The notes under the pieces were generated by a model. It saw only the letters and a program-made list of their open reading frames with translations. It made no database searches and was not told the origin of the DNA. This document shows, one piece after another, positions 28,546-40,125 of a DNA stretch of 64,000 bases. The translations under genes and the position numbers were made by a program. The stretch lies in the NCBI RefSeq assembly GCF_009914755.1, contig NC_060928.1; one strand, 5' to 3'. How positions within the stretch are numbered: the first letter of the stretch is position 1; the number at the start of each line of letters is the position of its first letter. This DNA comes from the human T2T-CHM13v2.0 reference genome, Homo sapiens.

Positions 28546-30339
28546 TAGAAATTTAGGTTTAAATATTACCTTTGGCCACTAACTAAATGGATGATCCTGA
28601 GTATATTATTTAAAGATTTTGGGCTTTATATTTGTCTCTGATGATAAGACAGAAAAAATACATTAAGATAGTATATTATTATGCATATACTAATGCACAA
28701 AGTTCATAATAAGCATTCAAAAAATATTAGGAATAATCACTATAACATATATTTCCATATCATTTTAAAATATCTAGTAAATTGATACTGCATATAAAAC
28801 AGTAAAGTTAACTGAGTATGTTGTGTGTTACTTTGTGTGAAGCAACAAAGAAGTAGCTCAATTGATTAAATACTGGTTTGGAAATTATCACCACATTTTA
28901 AAATTTTACTTGACTCCTGCATTTCATGCTGACATCTTATATTTATAAAGATCACGTTGAATGGAAGCTAAAAATATCCTGTAACAAGTCTCCAAAGATC
29001 TACTTGATGGGATGGATCAGCATGAAATCTGCATGTGAACTGGAATGTGCACGCCTGAACAGGTCTTTGTGTATACTATATGGGATATATTTACTTTTCA
29101 AAGAAAAAACTATATAGCAAGTTTATATAACACATTTGTCTTTTTAAGATTTTTTTTGGCAATAACTAAAGACTTGTAGAAAGTTGCAAAAATAGTACAA
29201 AAAGATCTAGCGTACTTTTCACCAATTCTCCCAATGGTTACATTTTACATAATTATGACACAATACCAAGATGTTGATTAATACACATATACAGTTTGAT
29301 TGCAGAAATTAGACCTAGTGTTTGATAGATCAGTAGGATGATTATAGTTTACAAAAATCTACTCTATATTTCAAAATAGCTAGAAGAAATAATTCTTACA
29401 TTTCTAACATAAACACAAATGTTTAAAGTGATGGATATCCCAATTACACTGATTTGATCTTAACAAATTCATGAATCTATTATATTATCATATGTGTTCA
29501 GAAAATGGATACATCTATTCTGTATCAATTTTTTTAACTGAGGAAATTAACATTGGTATAACCTATATGCATAGTTTCATCCATTTTATCACATTTTAAC
29601 TGTTTGTTTAATTACAAAATTAACTGTTTCCTTACCATGAAACACCTTACCTTCCTTTAAGCCCCTTTGTCCTTTACAGTTTATGATAAAATTGTCTTAA
29701 ATATGTCCTTTACATATATTGAGAATGACATCAAACAAATTTTATAATTTTGCTTCAATCATCAAATGCAACCTAGAAATTCATGAGAAGGAAAGTTTAT
29801 AGTATTTGTCTATGTTTTTCAGGTGTCATTTCATCTTCCAAGATTCTTTTTATCATGTTCATTTTGTCTCAAAAACTTTTTTAGCCATTACATTAACAAA
29901 AATTATGAATATATCATAGGTGTATGTATTTGTGATACACATGAGATATTCTGATACAGGCATACAATGAGTCATAATCACTACAGGATAAATGAGGTAT
30001 ATTGTCACCTCAAGGATTTATCATTTCTTTGTGTAACAAACATTCCAATTATACTCTTCTAGTTTTTTTAAATGTACAATAAATTATTGTTGACTGTAGT
30101 TACCCTGTTATGCTATCAAATGCTAGATCTCATTCCTTCTATCTAGTATAGCCATGTTTAAGAGGAAATATACTGGCGACAAATTATCATAATTTTCCTT
30201 CACTTGAGAATATCTTACTTTCCCTTTCATTCTTAACGGATATTTTGCTGGATATAGAAGTCTGGGTTATTCAAATTGTTTTACTCCTATATATAAGGCG
30301 TTATTTGTCTTTGGCTTACTTCAAGTTTTATTTTTTGAA

Positions 30340-30633
30340 TTTTTTTTTTTTTGGAACTGAGTCTCACTGTATTGCCCAGGCTGGAGTGCAGTGGCATGAT
30401 CTTGGCTCACCGCAACTTCCGTCTCCTGGGTTCAAGTGATTGTCGTGCCTTAGCCTCCTGAGTAGCTGGGATTACAGGCACCTGCCACCACATCTGGCTA
30501 ATTTTTTGTATTTTTAGTAGAGAAGGGGTTTCACCATGTTGCCCAGCCTGGTCTGGAACTCCTGACCTCTAGTGATCCACCTGCCTCAGCCTCCCACAGC
30601 TGGGATTATATGCGTGAGCCACTGCACCCAGCC
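30340..30633 (-). mobile_element. AluS (Sx-like)
   Basis: Dimeric Alu with poly(T) at the left end. Confidence 0.95.
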
Positions 30634-31747
30634 TTTTGTCTTTATTTTTCAGAAATTTAATTATGATTTATTTTGACTTGGCTTTCTTTGTTTTATGCTA
30701 TTTAGAGTTCTTCTTGAATCTGTAGGTGTATGTCTTTTGCCAAATTTGGGGAACTTCTAATCATTATTTCTTTGAATAATTTTTCAGACACACTCTTTTC
30801 ATACTCTTCTTCTGGAAATCCAATGGTACAAATGTCAGATATTTTCTTACAGTTCTACAGATTCCTGAGGTTCTTTTAGTTTTTCTATCTATTCTTTTTT
30901 TTATTTATATTGGGTGATTTCTATTGTTACATCTTCATGTTCATGGATTCCACTGATTCCCTCCTTTATCTTTTACATTGTGTTTTTAAGATCACTCATT
31001 AAGAGTTTTTTCTTTTTTCATTATTTTAAATTTTATCTACATTTTCATTCATTTATTCTTTATATTATCTATGTCTTTGCTGATATTTTCTGTTTTTCAG
31101 TGTGGTTAAATCAAGTTCATAATTGCACTTTGAAACCTTTATGATAGCTGCTTTAAAATCTTTGTTAGATAATCCTAGCATCTATGTCATCTTACTGCTG
31201 GCAACTTTTCTTATTCAAGTCAATATTTTCTTGGCTTTTGATATGACAAGTGAGTCTTGATTGTATCCTGGACATTTTGGGTATTACATTATTAGACTCT
31301 GGATTTTATTTAAATCTTCTGTTTTAGTAAGTCTCCTCTGACACTATACTAGCAGAAAAAGGGGGCTACCACTTGTCAGAAGCATGATAATCTAAGATTT
31401 CTGTGTGGCCTGTGCTCACACCATGAGTATCACAGGCTCTTTACCACCAGTCAAGGAAGGAAGTTCAGCTTTTCACTCAGTCTTCTCTGATACGATTCCA
31501 TCTGGAGGCAGAGTGGAAGGGACTGCTCATGATAGACTGGAGTGGTGCTGGTCTAGACTCCCCATTTAGCTTTTGCTGACATGAGTGGGTTGGAGTATGG
31601 CCATTTTCCACAGTGTTTGGCTCAGATAAGAGAGTTATTCAAGTTTTCTTACTTGCAGTTTGATCATTTTCCTGTCCTTTGGCTAAATTGAACAGACTTG
31701 TGAGTGTGTGTGTGTGTCTTCTGTTGGTTTGCTTTTTGATATGTTAC

Positions 31748-32124
31748 TGTATTAGTCTGTTCGCACACTGCTATAAATAACTACCCAAGACTGGGTAATT
31801 TATAAAGAAAATAGGTTTGTCTCACAGTTCTATAGACTGTACAGGACATGGCTGGGGCGGCCTTAGGAAACTTACAATCATGGCAGAAGGGCAAAGGGGA
31901 AGCAAACACATCTTCACATGGCAGCAGGAGAGAGAGAGAAAAAAAAAGAGGGGAAGTTCTACACATTTTAAAACCGTCAGTTCTCATGAGAATCCACTCA
32001 CTATCATGAGAACAGCAAAGGGGAAATCCACCCCCATGATCCAATCACCTCCCACTACGTGTCTCCTTCTACATTAGGAATTACAATTAAAAATGAGATT
32101 TGGGTGGAGACCCAAACCATATCA
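31748..32124 (-). mobile_element. THE1 (THE1D-like) MaLR solo LTR
   Basis: tgtattagtctgtt...gaaacttacaatcatggcagaagg...gagatttgggtgg...caaaccatatca. Confidence 0.9.
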
Positions 32125-33237
32125 GTTCGTTTTTGTGTTTCCAAGCTGCTGGCTTCCTTAGTTCCCAGTCCTGGATATTTGAGGCAAAAAGAAAAACATA
32201 CAGACTTTTACTGTGTTATGTCTTGGGCCCTAAGGTCCACAATTGATCTGCCATCTTTTCTACCTTTCAGAATTTCCTTATGTTTGTTTTATATATAACC
32301 TCCAGGGACTTCAGCTGTACTTATCAAGAGCAATAAGAAGAACTAAATATATTCCATCTTTGTCTGGAAGTCAAAATATATTCCATCTTTGTCAGAAGTC
32401 CCTAGCCTGGTTGATTTTGAAAGAACAATGCATTTCTAATAAATACTGTTTTTCTAAAAAATATGCCCAAATGGTTCTTTGTCTTTTTTTAAATTTTATA
32501 TACATGGGTTATGCGTGCAGATTTTTTACCTGAATCTGTAATAAATACTGTTTGTACCAAAAAATTTTTAGAATGTTGCTTTAACAAAAAACAGTAATTA
32601 GTGGTTAGAATTTCAATAATAAAAGTTGTTTAATCATGAGACAAATAAAGAATAAAATGTAAGCATCCATGGGCAAATTTAGCATTTAAACATTCTAGCT
32701 CCTGCTCAAGAGTAATGACTTTATTTCTCCTATCACCAACAGCAATATCAAAGCCCAGGGCTTCTAACACCTTTTTATCATCTTTATCACTATTATCAGC
32801 CATTGGTATAATGAAATAGAATCCAAGAGCTTTCTTCTCATCTCAAGTCCCTATGGTAAAGAACTACTTCTATATTGCCTATACCTTATAGCTAAGATGA
32901 AAGCATACTGTGACTGTTGTTCAGTCAAATGATTCATTTAAAAATGTGTATTATGAAAACTCACTGTATAGGAGATATGTCTATAAATATTAAACATACA
33001 TGAATACTTGTAATGCCCATAGCCTTGCACACATACACACAAACTTGCAACCATAGCTTTCAAACATTTTGTTCTGATTAATTAATTTGCTCCACAGATC
33101 TTATTGTTCCTTATATTCTCATGATTCAAAGGCAATGAACAGTTCTTACTCAAGAAAATATAACATAAAATATACAGAAATTAAAGTTTTCTCTGCCTCT
33201 TAAATCCATTTATTCAATAAACATTAAGCAGCTACTA

Positions 33238-33629
33238 CAGTCATGTGTTGCTTAATGATGAGAATATGTTGTGAGAAATGCATTGTTAGATGCATTGTTA
33301 GGCGATTTTATTGTTGTGTGAATACTGTAGAGTGTACTTCTACAGTTCTAGATGTTACAACCTGCTCTACACCTAAGCTATAAGTTATAGTCTATTGCCC
33401 TCAGAATACAAATCTGTACAGCATCATGCTGTAGGGATGTTACTGTGTTGAATGCCATAGGCAATTTTAACACATTGACAAGTATTTGTGCATCTAAATA
33501 TATCTAAACATAGAAAAGGTAAAATAAAAATATGTTATTATAATCTTATATGATTATACAGACGCTATATGTTGTATATGTATATGTGGTCTGTCATTGA
33601 CCAAAAGGTTATTATGTTGTTCATGACTG
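33238..33629. mobile_element. Tigger3a-like TcMar DNA transposon inside an L2 remnant
   Basis: TIRs cagtcatg...catgactg with TA target duplication on both sides. Confidence 0.85.
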
Positions 33630-33720
33630 TATATGTGAGACAGTGGAGATATAATGTTAACACAAGGCTTTATCTGCCCTCCTAACTTTAGGAATTTGAA
33701 TTTCATTTGAAGAGACAAAG

Positions 33721-34208
33721 TGCCGAGACCAGCTCAGTCGGGGAGACCCTAACCCAGCAGCACTAGAGGAATTAAAGACACACACACAGAAATATAGGTG
33801 TGGAGTGGGAAATCAGGGGTCTCACAACCTTCAGAGCTGAGAGCCTTGAACAGAGATTTACCCACATATTTATAGACAGCAAGCCAGTCATAAGATTTAC
33901 TAAAAGTATTCCTTACGGGAAATAAAGGGATGGGCCAAAATAAAGGGATGGGCTCTGGCTAGTTATCTGCAGCATGCGCATGTCCTTAAGGCACAGATAG
34001 TTCATGCTATTGTTTGTGGTTTAAGAATGCCTTAAGCGGTTTTCCACCCTGGGTGGGCCAGTTGTTTCTTGCCCTCATTCCGGTAAACAGATAACCTTCC
34101 AGCGTGGGAGTCAAGACCATCACGAGCATGTCACAGTGCTGCAGAGATTTTGTTTATGGCCAGTTTTGGGGCCAGGTTATGGCCAGATTTGGAGGCCTAT
34201 TCCCAACA
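33721..34208 (-). repeat. 3' LTR (MER9a-type)
   Basis: Minus strand TGTTGGGAA...CTGGTCTCGGCA; preceded by PPT AAGAAGGGTGACA; about 90% identical to the 5' LTR. Confidence 0.95.
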
Positions 34209-34222
34209 TGTCACCCTTCTTT

Positions 34223-35298
34223 GTTTTGCAAAGTGATAAAAGCAAAGGCAGCTTTGTCACAGTGAGCTACTTCTTGCAGGAGTCAGGATCTGCATCTGCA
34301 GAATATACAAAGGCAAACAACACAGATTAAAAGCACAATCATCATCGAAATCACAGAGCTTCCAAGTGATTTTATCCATTTTGATTGGTTACTAGCTGCT
34401 AATCTGTCTGTAGCTCCTTCAAGCACTCCAGTTCCTGGCATTAAGGTCAAGTGGCCTGGGATGATTTAAATATTTGTTCTTTTAATTTTTCAATACCCAA
34501 AGACAAGTTTGTAGAGTGTCCTTCTAGATGCTTTTTTATTCTTTCCCATATTTTGATCTTATTAAGAGCCATTAATAGTTTCCCCAAATCCTTATGTTTA
34601 ACTCCTACAGCGGGCCATATCATTTGAGATTGAGGTACCACTATACTGCCATGTTTCCAGATAATAGGAACTCTTGCCATATTTCTTCCCATTTCTACCA
34701 TCTGACCATTTTGTTCAGACCAGCTGAACATAGTGTTGCCGTTGCATGCAGACTGAGAGGCGCAATTTAAGCTAAACATTCCCTTAGGGGACCAATCAAT
34801 AATGATTCCATAGGAATCATTGTGCAGCATCTCTGCCTGTTCTGCAATGCAATCTTCCCAAACAAGTACATTCATTTTTTTCTGGCCAGGTTCAATTTTG
34901 TTTACAAATAGGTTTTTGAGGGTGATATGCCTTAATTATAGGAGCAGATTCATTATGGTAAATAGTGAGGTCAGAAAGCACGTTTAACTGTTTCATAGAA
35001 TGATTACCTCCAGGCATTATTGCCAGCCAAGATTGATAAATATGCCCAATAAGTATAATTGTTCTCTGTGTCAGCCCTTGTTGAAGGAATACTCATGGCA
35101 ATGGTGATCACTGCTATCATAGCTACCATTAAATTACTCATTGTGACTGGTTGTCCCGCTTTCCTCAGGTTTTCTTCTGACATCTGTGACAGCTTCTTGA
35201 TCTGTCCCCAAGTAGGTGGCTGTGTTCAACGAGTGTCGCTCATGACACCTGGAGTCCTCCTTAGCGTCAGTCTCAACATGGCTGCAACCGGGGGGTCC
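34223..35298 (-). pseudogene. env: HML-3 env remnant lacking SU C-terminus, cleavage site and TM N-terminus
   Basis: ORF 34447-34875: GIIIDWSPKG (SU) runs into WERIKKHLEG..LKEQIF (TM); hydrophobic membrane anchor near 34300-34360. Confidence 0.85.
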
Positions 35299-37442
35299 TC
35301 AGGATCCTCCTGGAATCTCTTCCTCAGCATCTGGCTCATGATAAGGTTTCAGGTGTCTCGATGGTATCCAAATTGGCTGTTGATTCAGTCCTGGAGAACC
35401 ACAAGCATAACCTCTACCCCAAGTTATTATGTTACCTATTTCCCAAATTTTTGTTATCAGATCTCTCCAACAAACCAGTTGTTCTGCTTCTGTCTTTGCA
35501 GCTGGTTTTTGTAGATGCTGTTCAGCTGCTGATAGCATCTGGCCTTTAGGCAGGCTCAAAAAATTTTACGTTAATAGTGCTTGATTCAGTTGCATTTGCA
35601 GTGTTCCATAGTCCCTGTTTTCCCACCTCTGCTTTTGCAACTGCTGTTCCAGGGAGAGATTCATTCTTTCCACTATTGCTTGTCCTTGAGAATTATATGG
35701 GATACTAATAATGTGTTTAGTATCCCATACAGAGAAAAATGTAGCTAGAGCTTGGCTAGTATAGCCTGGGGCATTATCTTTTTTGATATAAGCTGGAATG
35801 CCCATCATCGCAAAACACTGCAAAAGGTGATGTTTAACACAGGCAGAAGACTCTCCTGATTGGCATGTATACCAGACAAAGTGAGAAAAGGGGCCCACAC
35901 ATACATGTACATAAGCTAGTCTCCCAAATGAGGGAACATGTGTGACATCCATTTGCCAAAGAGACTTAGGTTCCAATCCTTGAGGATTAACTCCTCCTGT
36001 AAAAGATGAGGAATGCACCATTTGGCAAGTTGGGCATCACTGGATAATAGCTTTAGCTTCTTTCCAGGTAATGCTGTATCTGCGTTTGAGACCAGAGGCA
36101 TTAACATGGGTTAAATTGTGAAAGTGTCTAGCATTAGATTCGCATTAGCAACTAGGTGATCAGCCATTTGATTCTCTTCAGTCAAAGGTCCTGGAAAAGG
36201 TGTATGAGCCCTAATGTGAGTGATGTAAAAAGGGTGCATTCTACTCCTTACTGCTGTTTGAAATTGGGTAAATAAAGTCATCAGTTGTTCATCTGTATGA
36301 AATCATAACTGAGCATTTTCAATTAATTGTGTGGAATGAACGACATATGAAGAATCAGAAATCACATTAATAGGCATATCAAAAGCAGTCAATACCTCAA
36401 TTACAGCTACAAGCTCCGCTTTTTGAGCTGAAGTACAGGGCGTCTGAAAAACTTTACCTTTTCATCCAGAATAAGAAGCTTTACCATTACTAGACCCACC
36501 TGTAAAAATATTTTAAGCACCTCCAATTGGTTTAAATTTAGTTATTTTAGGGAGAATCCAATTAGTTAATTTTAAAAATTGAAACAGTTTCGTTTTAGGA
36601 AAATGACTATCAAGAATACCCACACAGTCAGCTAAATGGGTTTGCCAAATAAGACTATTTATAAAAGCTTGCTGTATTTGTGCCTTCGTGAGAGGGACAA
36701 TAACTTTTCCAGGATCATATCCATGTAATTTAACCATCCGAGTTTTCCCATTTCCTATCATAGTAGCGACTTGATCCAAATAAGGAGTTAGAGTCTGTGA
36801 ATTAGTATGTGGAAGAAAAAGCCACCCTACTAAGTCCTGTTCTTGGACAATAACATTAGTAGGTGAATGTTGAGTTGGAAAAATTACCAAATCTTGAGTC
36901 TTCTCTGGATCTATTCTATTGATTTGAGCTTTATGGACTTGCTTTTCCATTAGCTGCAGCTCTGCCTCAGCTTCTTTTGTTAATTGCCGAGGGCCAGTGA
37001 GACTAGGATCTCCTCTAAGGATAGAAAATAGATTACTCAGGGCATAGGTAGGAATGCCTAGAGCAGGTTGTATCCAATTAATGTCCCCTAGTAATTTTTG
37101 AAAGTCATTTAATGTTTTCAATTGATCCCTATGTATGGTTACTTTCCGTGGCACAATGGTAATGTCATGTACTAAGGTCCCCATAGGTTGCATAACTGAA
37201 TTAATGGCTCTTAAATCAGTTAACATTCTCTATTTACCTGATTTTTTCTTAATTACAAAAACTAGAGAATTCCGAGGGGAAAATGTTGGAACTATGTGTA
37301 CGTTTTCTAATTGTTCATTAACGAAGTCCTCTAAAGCCTCCAGTTTCTCTTTACTTAGCGGCCATTGTTCTATCCAAACTGGCTTATCTGTTAACCATTT
37401 TAAAGGTATAGGTTCTGGAGGCTTAACAATGGCTGCCATCAA
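35299..37442 (-). pseudogene. pol: HML-3 pol remnant (RT without catalytic core, RNase H, integrase); stops and frameshifts
   Basis: [46 protein letters not shown], integrase WQMDVTH..DNAPGY..PYNSQGQAIVER and WGRGYAC. Confidence 0.95.
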
Positions 37443-38368
37443 AAATGATATCCTAAACCTTGGCGGGAACTTTGTCTTTCCAATTGAAGCGGTTCCTTCA
37501 AAACTTGCAAATGTTTTCCTAGTCCCATACCAGGGACATACCCCATTTCATGCATCATATGTTGACTTCGAGGGCTATATAGTTGTTCTGGAATTAGAAC
37601 TTGTGCTCCCCATTGTTGTAATAAATCTCTTCTCCATAAATTTATAGGTACAGAAGTTATAATTGGTTGAATAGTCCCAGGTTGTCCACCGGGCCCTTCA
37701 CAATGCAAAATATAACTACTTTGATATACTTCAGGGGGTTTACCAACTCCAACTATGTTAAATTGAGCAGGGTGAATTGACCACGTGGATGGCCAGTGCT
37801 GTAGAGAAATGATTGAAATGTCTGCTCCTGTATCTACCAAACCTTTAAATTTCTTTCCCTGAATAGTTATTTCACAGGTAGGATGTTTATCAGTAATTTG
37901 ATTTACCCAATAAGCTGCTTTGCCTTTTTTATTTGTGCTTCCAAATCCTCCTGTTCGTTTAATTTCACTTTTCCCCGTTTCCACATATGGCACAATCAGG
38001 AGCTGTGCTATGCGTTCTCCTGGCTCTGCTTTCCAGGGAACAGAAGTAGATATAACAATTTGAATTTCCCCATTGTAATATGAATCAATGACTCCAGTTT
38101 GTACTTGTACATCTTTCATATTTAAACTAGACCTTCCTAGAAGTAATCTTATCCTCCCCGCTGGCATGGGTCCACAGACTCCTGTTGGGATCTTTTGTGG
38201 GGGTTCCCCAGGCAGAAGGCTCACAGCTTTTGTGCAGCATAAATCTACTGCAGCACTACCAGCTGTGGTGGCGGACAGACATTGTACAGGGGTGAGGGAA
38301 TGGCCCGAGCCAGAAGTGCCCCAGTTTGATACGGGGCCCAGGATGGGCCCCTCATCGTGTTTCCCGAA
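37439..38368 (-). pseudogene. pro: HML-3 pro: dUTPase, aspartic protease and G-patch in one uninterrupted frame
   Basis: AGSAAVDL, GRSSL, GVIDSYYNGEI, ERIAQL, RTGGFGST; LVDTGAD; [15 protein letters not shown]. Confidence 0.95.
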
Positions 38369-38790
38369 TTTAAAAGGAAAAGGCCCAAATGTAGCTATAA
38401 TATTTCCTGTTGATCTGGGGGTTGTATTCTAACAGGGAACTGCCAAGCCTCTAAATCATCCTCTTGTCTAGCTTGCTGAATTTCTGCCTGAATAGAACTG
38501 AGAGTAGTCACTCAAGGCACTGCTCAAACAGTCACTGGGGCAGCTACTTTTCACACAGTGTCCTCCAGAAAAAAAAGATCTGGAGGGTCAGGCCACTCTT
38601 TTTCTTCAAAATAATGAGGGGGTACAGAAGGGTAGGGATGGACTTCTTCCTCCTTTGCCGCTTTAGCTTTAGCTGGCAAACAAACCTGCTCTGTTACTTC
38701 TTCTGTGACTTCGTTGTACTCTCCTTCCTCCTCATCATTAGTGTGAAAAGATTCCAAGGTGGAACAAACCAAAGCCCACAGTTGTCCCAT
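38369..38790 (-). pseudogene. gag: HML-3 gag remnant (MGQ start, MA C-terminus and p15-like region); CA/NC absent
   Basis: MGQLWALVCSTLESF...; LEAWQFPV; no MHR or CCHC zinc knuckles before the GGGAAAC slip site at 38359-38365. Confidence 0.85.
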
Positions 38791-38909
38791 TGTTACCCTG
38801 CTCCCCTTCTTACTCACCACGGGGATTGCTTTAAGAGTACTTGGATGTCCTCCAGCTTAGTTCCACGTTCTCCAACTATTTCTCCAGCGACCCTTCAACC
38901 TGGATTTGA

Positions 38910-38928
38910 GCCCCACATATGGACACCA
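38910..38928 (-). promoter_or_regulatory. Primer-binding site, tRNA-Lys type (degenerate)
   Basis: TGGTGTCCATATGTGGGGC 2 nt after the 5' LTR, versus the Lys PBS TGGCGCCCAACGTGGGGC. Confidence 0.8.
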
Positions 38929-38930
38929 CT

Positions 38931-39419
38931 TGCCAAGACCAGCTCGGTCAGGAAGACCCTAACCTAGTGGCACTAGAGGAATTAAAGACACACACACAGA
39001 AATATAGAGTGTGGAATGGGAAATCAGGGGTCACACAGTCTTCAGAGCTGACAGCCTTAAACAGAGATTTACCCACATATTTATTGACAGCAAGCCAGTC
39101 ATAAGATTTACTAAAAGTATTCCTTATGGGAAATAAAGGAATGGGCCAAAATAAAGGGATGAGTCTGGCTAGTTATCTGTAGCATGAACACGTCCTAAAG
39201 GCACAGATCGCTCACGCTATTGTTTGTGGTTTAAGAATGTCTTAAGCAGTTTTCTGCCCTGAGTGGGCCAGGTGTTCCTTGCCCTCATTCTGGTAAACTG
39301 ACAACCTTCCAGCATGGGTGTCAAGGCCATCACAAACATGTCACAGTGCTGCAGAGATTTTATTTATGTCCAGTTTTGGGGCCAATTTATGGCCAGATTT
39401 GGGGGCCTGGTTCCCAACA
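38931..39419 (-). repeat. 5' LTR (MER9a-type)
   Basis: Minus strand TGTTGGGAA...CTGGTCTTGGCA with AATAAA; direct repeat of 33721-34208. Confidence 0.95.
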
Positions 39420-39944
39420 ACAAAGAAAATATTTATGAAAGTATGTCAAAGAGTGTATCCAGGAAAATAAGTTACAAGAATAGCAGTCTCATCAATCTAT
39501 AATCTTAGTTTGACATTTCCTCAAGCATTTTCCTAGAATCATTTAGTTATTATTATCCACAGTTCATTATTTTTTTCAAACTCCTATTCACATGCCAAGT
39601 GTTAAGAATAAGGATTTGTTTTTTGACAAACTGAACTCTTAGAGAAGGAGTTGATTAAAAACTTTTGCCCACAAAACCCTCATTGCTAAATTTGATATTT
39701 CAAAAATATCTAGTCAAAATTATTTTTGAACAAAACTTACATTTAAATAGTTCGTTTTCCAAACTAATTGAAGATGTCAAACTTAGTTCATAATCTATTA
39801 GCAAACTAAATGGTGTAATGCCTTAATAATATTTAGGCCATATTAAATGGAACCAGAAATAATAGTAGATATGGCATTGGCCTAATAACACAGCCTTGGG
39901 CTCATATGTAAAAGTATATATTCACTGGGCCTTCATGCTGCCAC

Positions 39945-40125
39945 CACTGTGATTCGGTGGGGAAAGGCAGCTTAGGAACCAGAAACTGGTCTCATCATAC
40001 TTGTGTGACTTTGAGCAAAGTACTGAAGCTCCCTAAGCCTTTCCTCTCATCTCTCCAAATGGGGCTGTGGTGAATATTAAGTGCAATCGAATGTATAAAA
40101 TTTCATTTTCTTTGTGCTATTATTG
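39945..40125 (+). mobile_element. MIR SINE
   Basis: tgtgtgactttgagcaaagtactgaagctccctaagcct..tcctctcatctctccaaatgggg. Confidence 0.6.

Larger units (their letters stand above)
29140..32400 (-). mobile_element. Old L1M fragments with nested L1MA pieces, Alu and THE1
   Basis: L1 motifs agacttgtagaaagttgcaaaaatagtaca, ggatattttgctggatatagaa, cttttgccaaatttgggg; L1MA 3' ends at about 29295-29530 (+) and 29895-30150 (-). Confidence 0.6.
33721..39419 (-). mobile_element. HERV-K(HML-3)/HERVK9 provirus, two LTRs, internally deleted
   Basis: Two ~488-bp MER9-type LTRs, perfect 6-bp TSD ACAAAG (33715-33720, 39420-39425), Lys-type PBS, PPT, betaretroviral gag-dut/pro-pol-env remnants. Confidence 0.95.

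Noticed and set aside
37135-38967. Plus-strand ORFs of 170, 114 and 167 aa as an antisense retroviral gene
   Set aside because: They are shadows of pol/pro/gag with no motifs, and some run across deletion junctions
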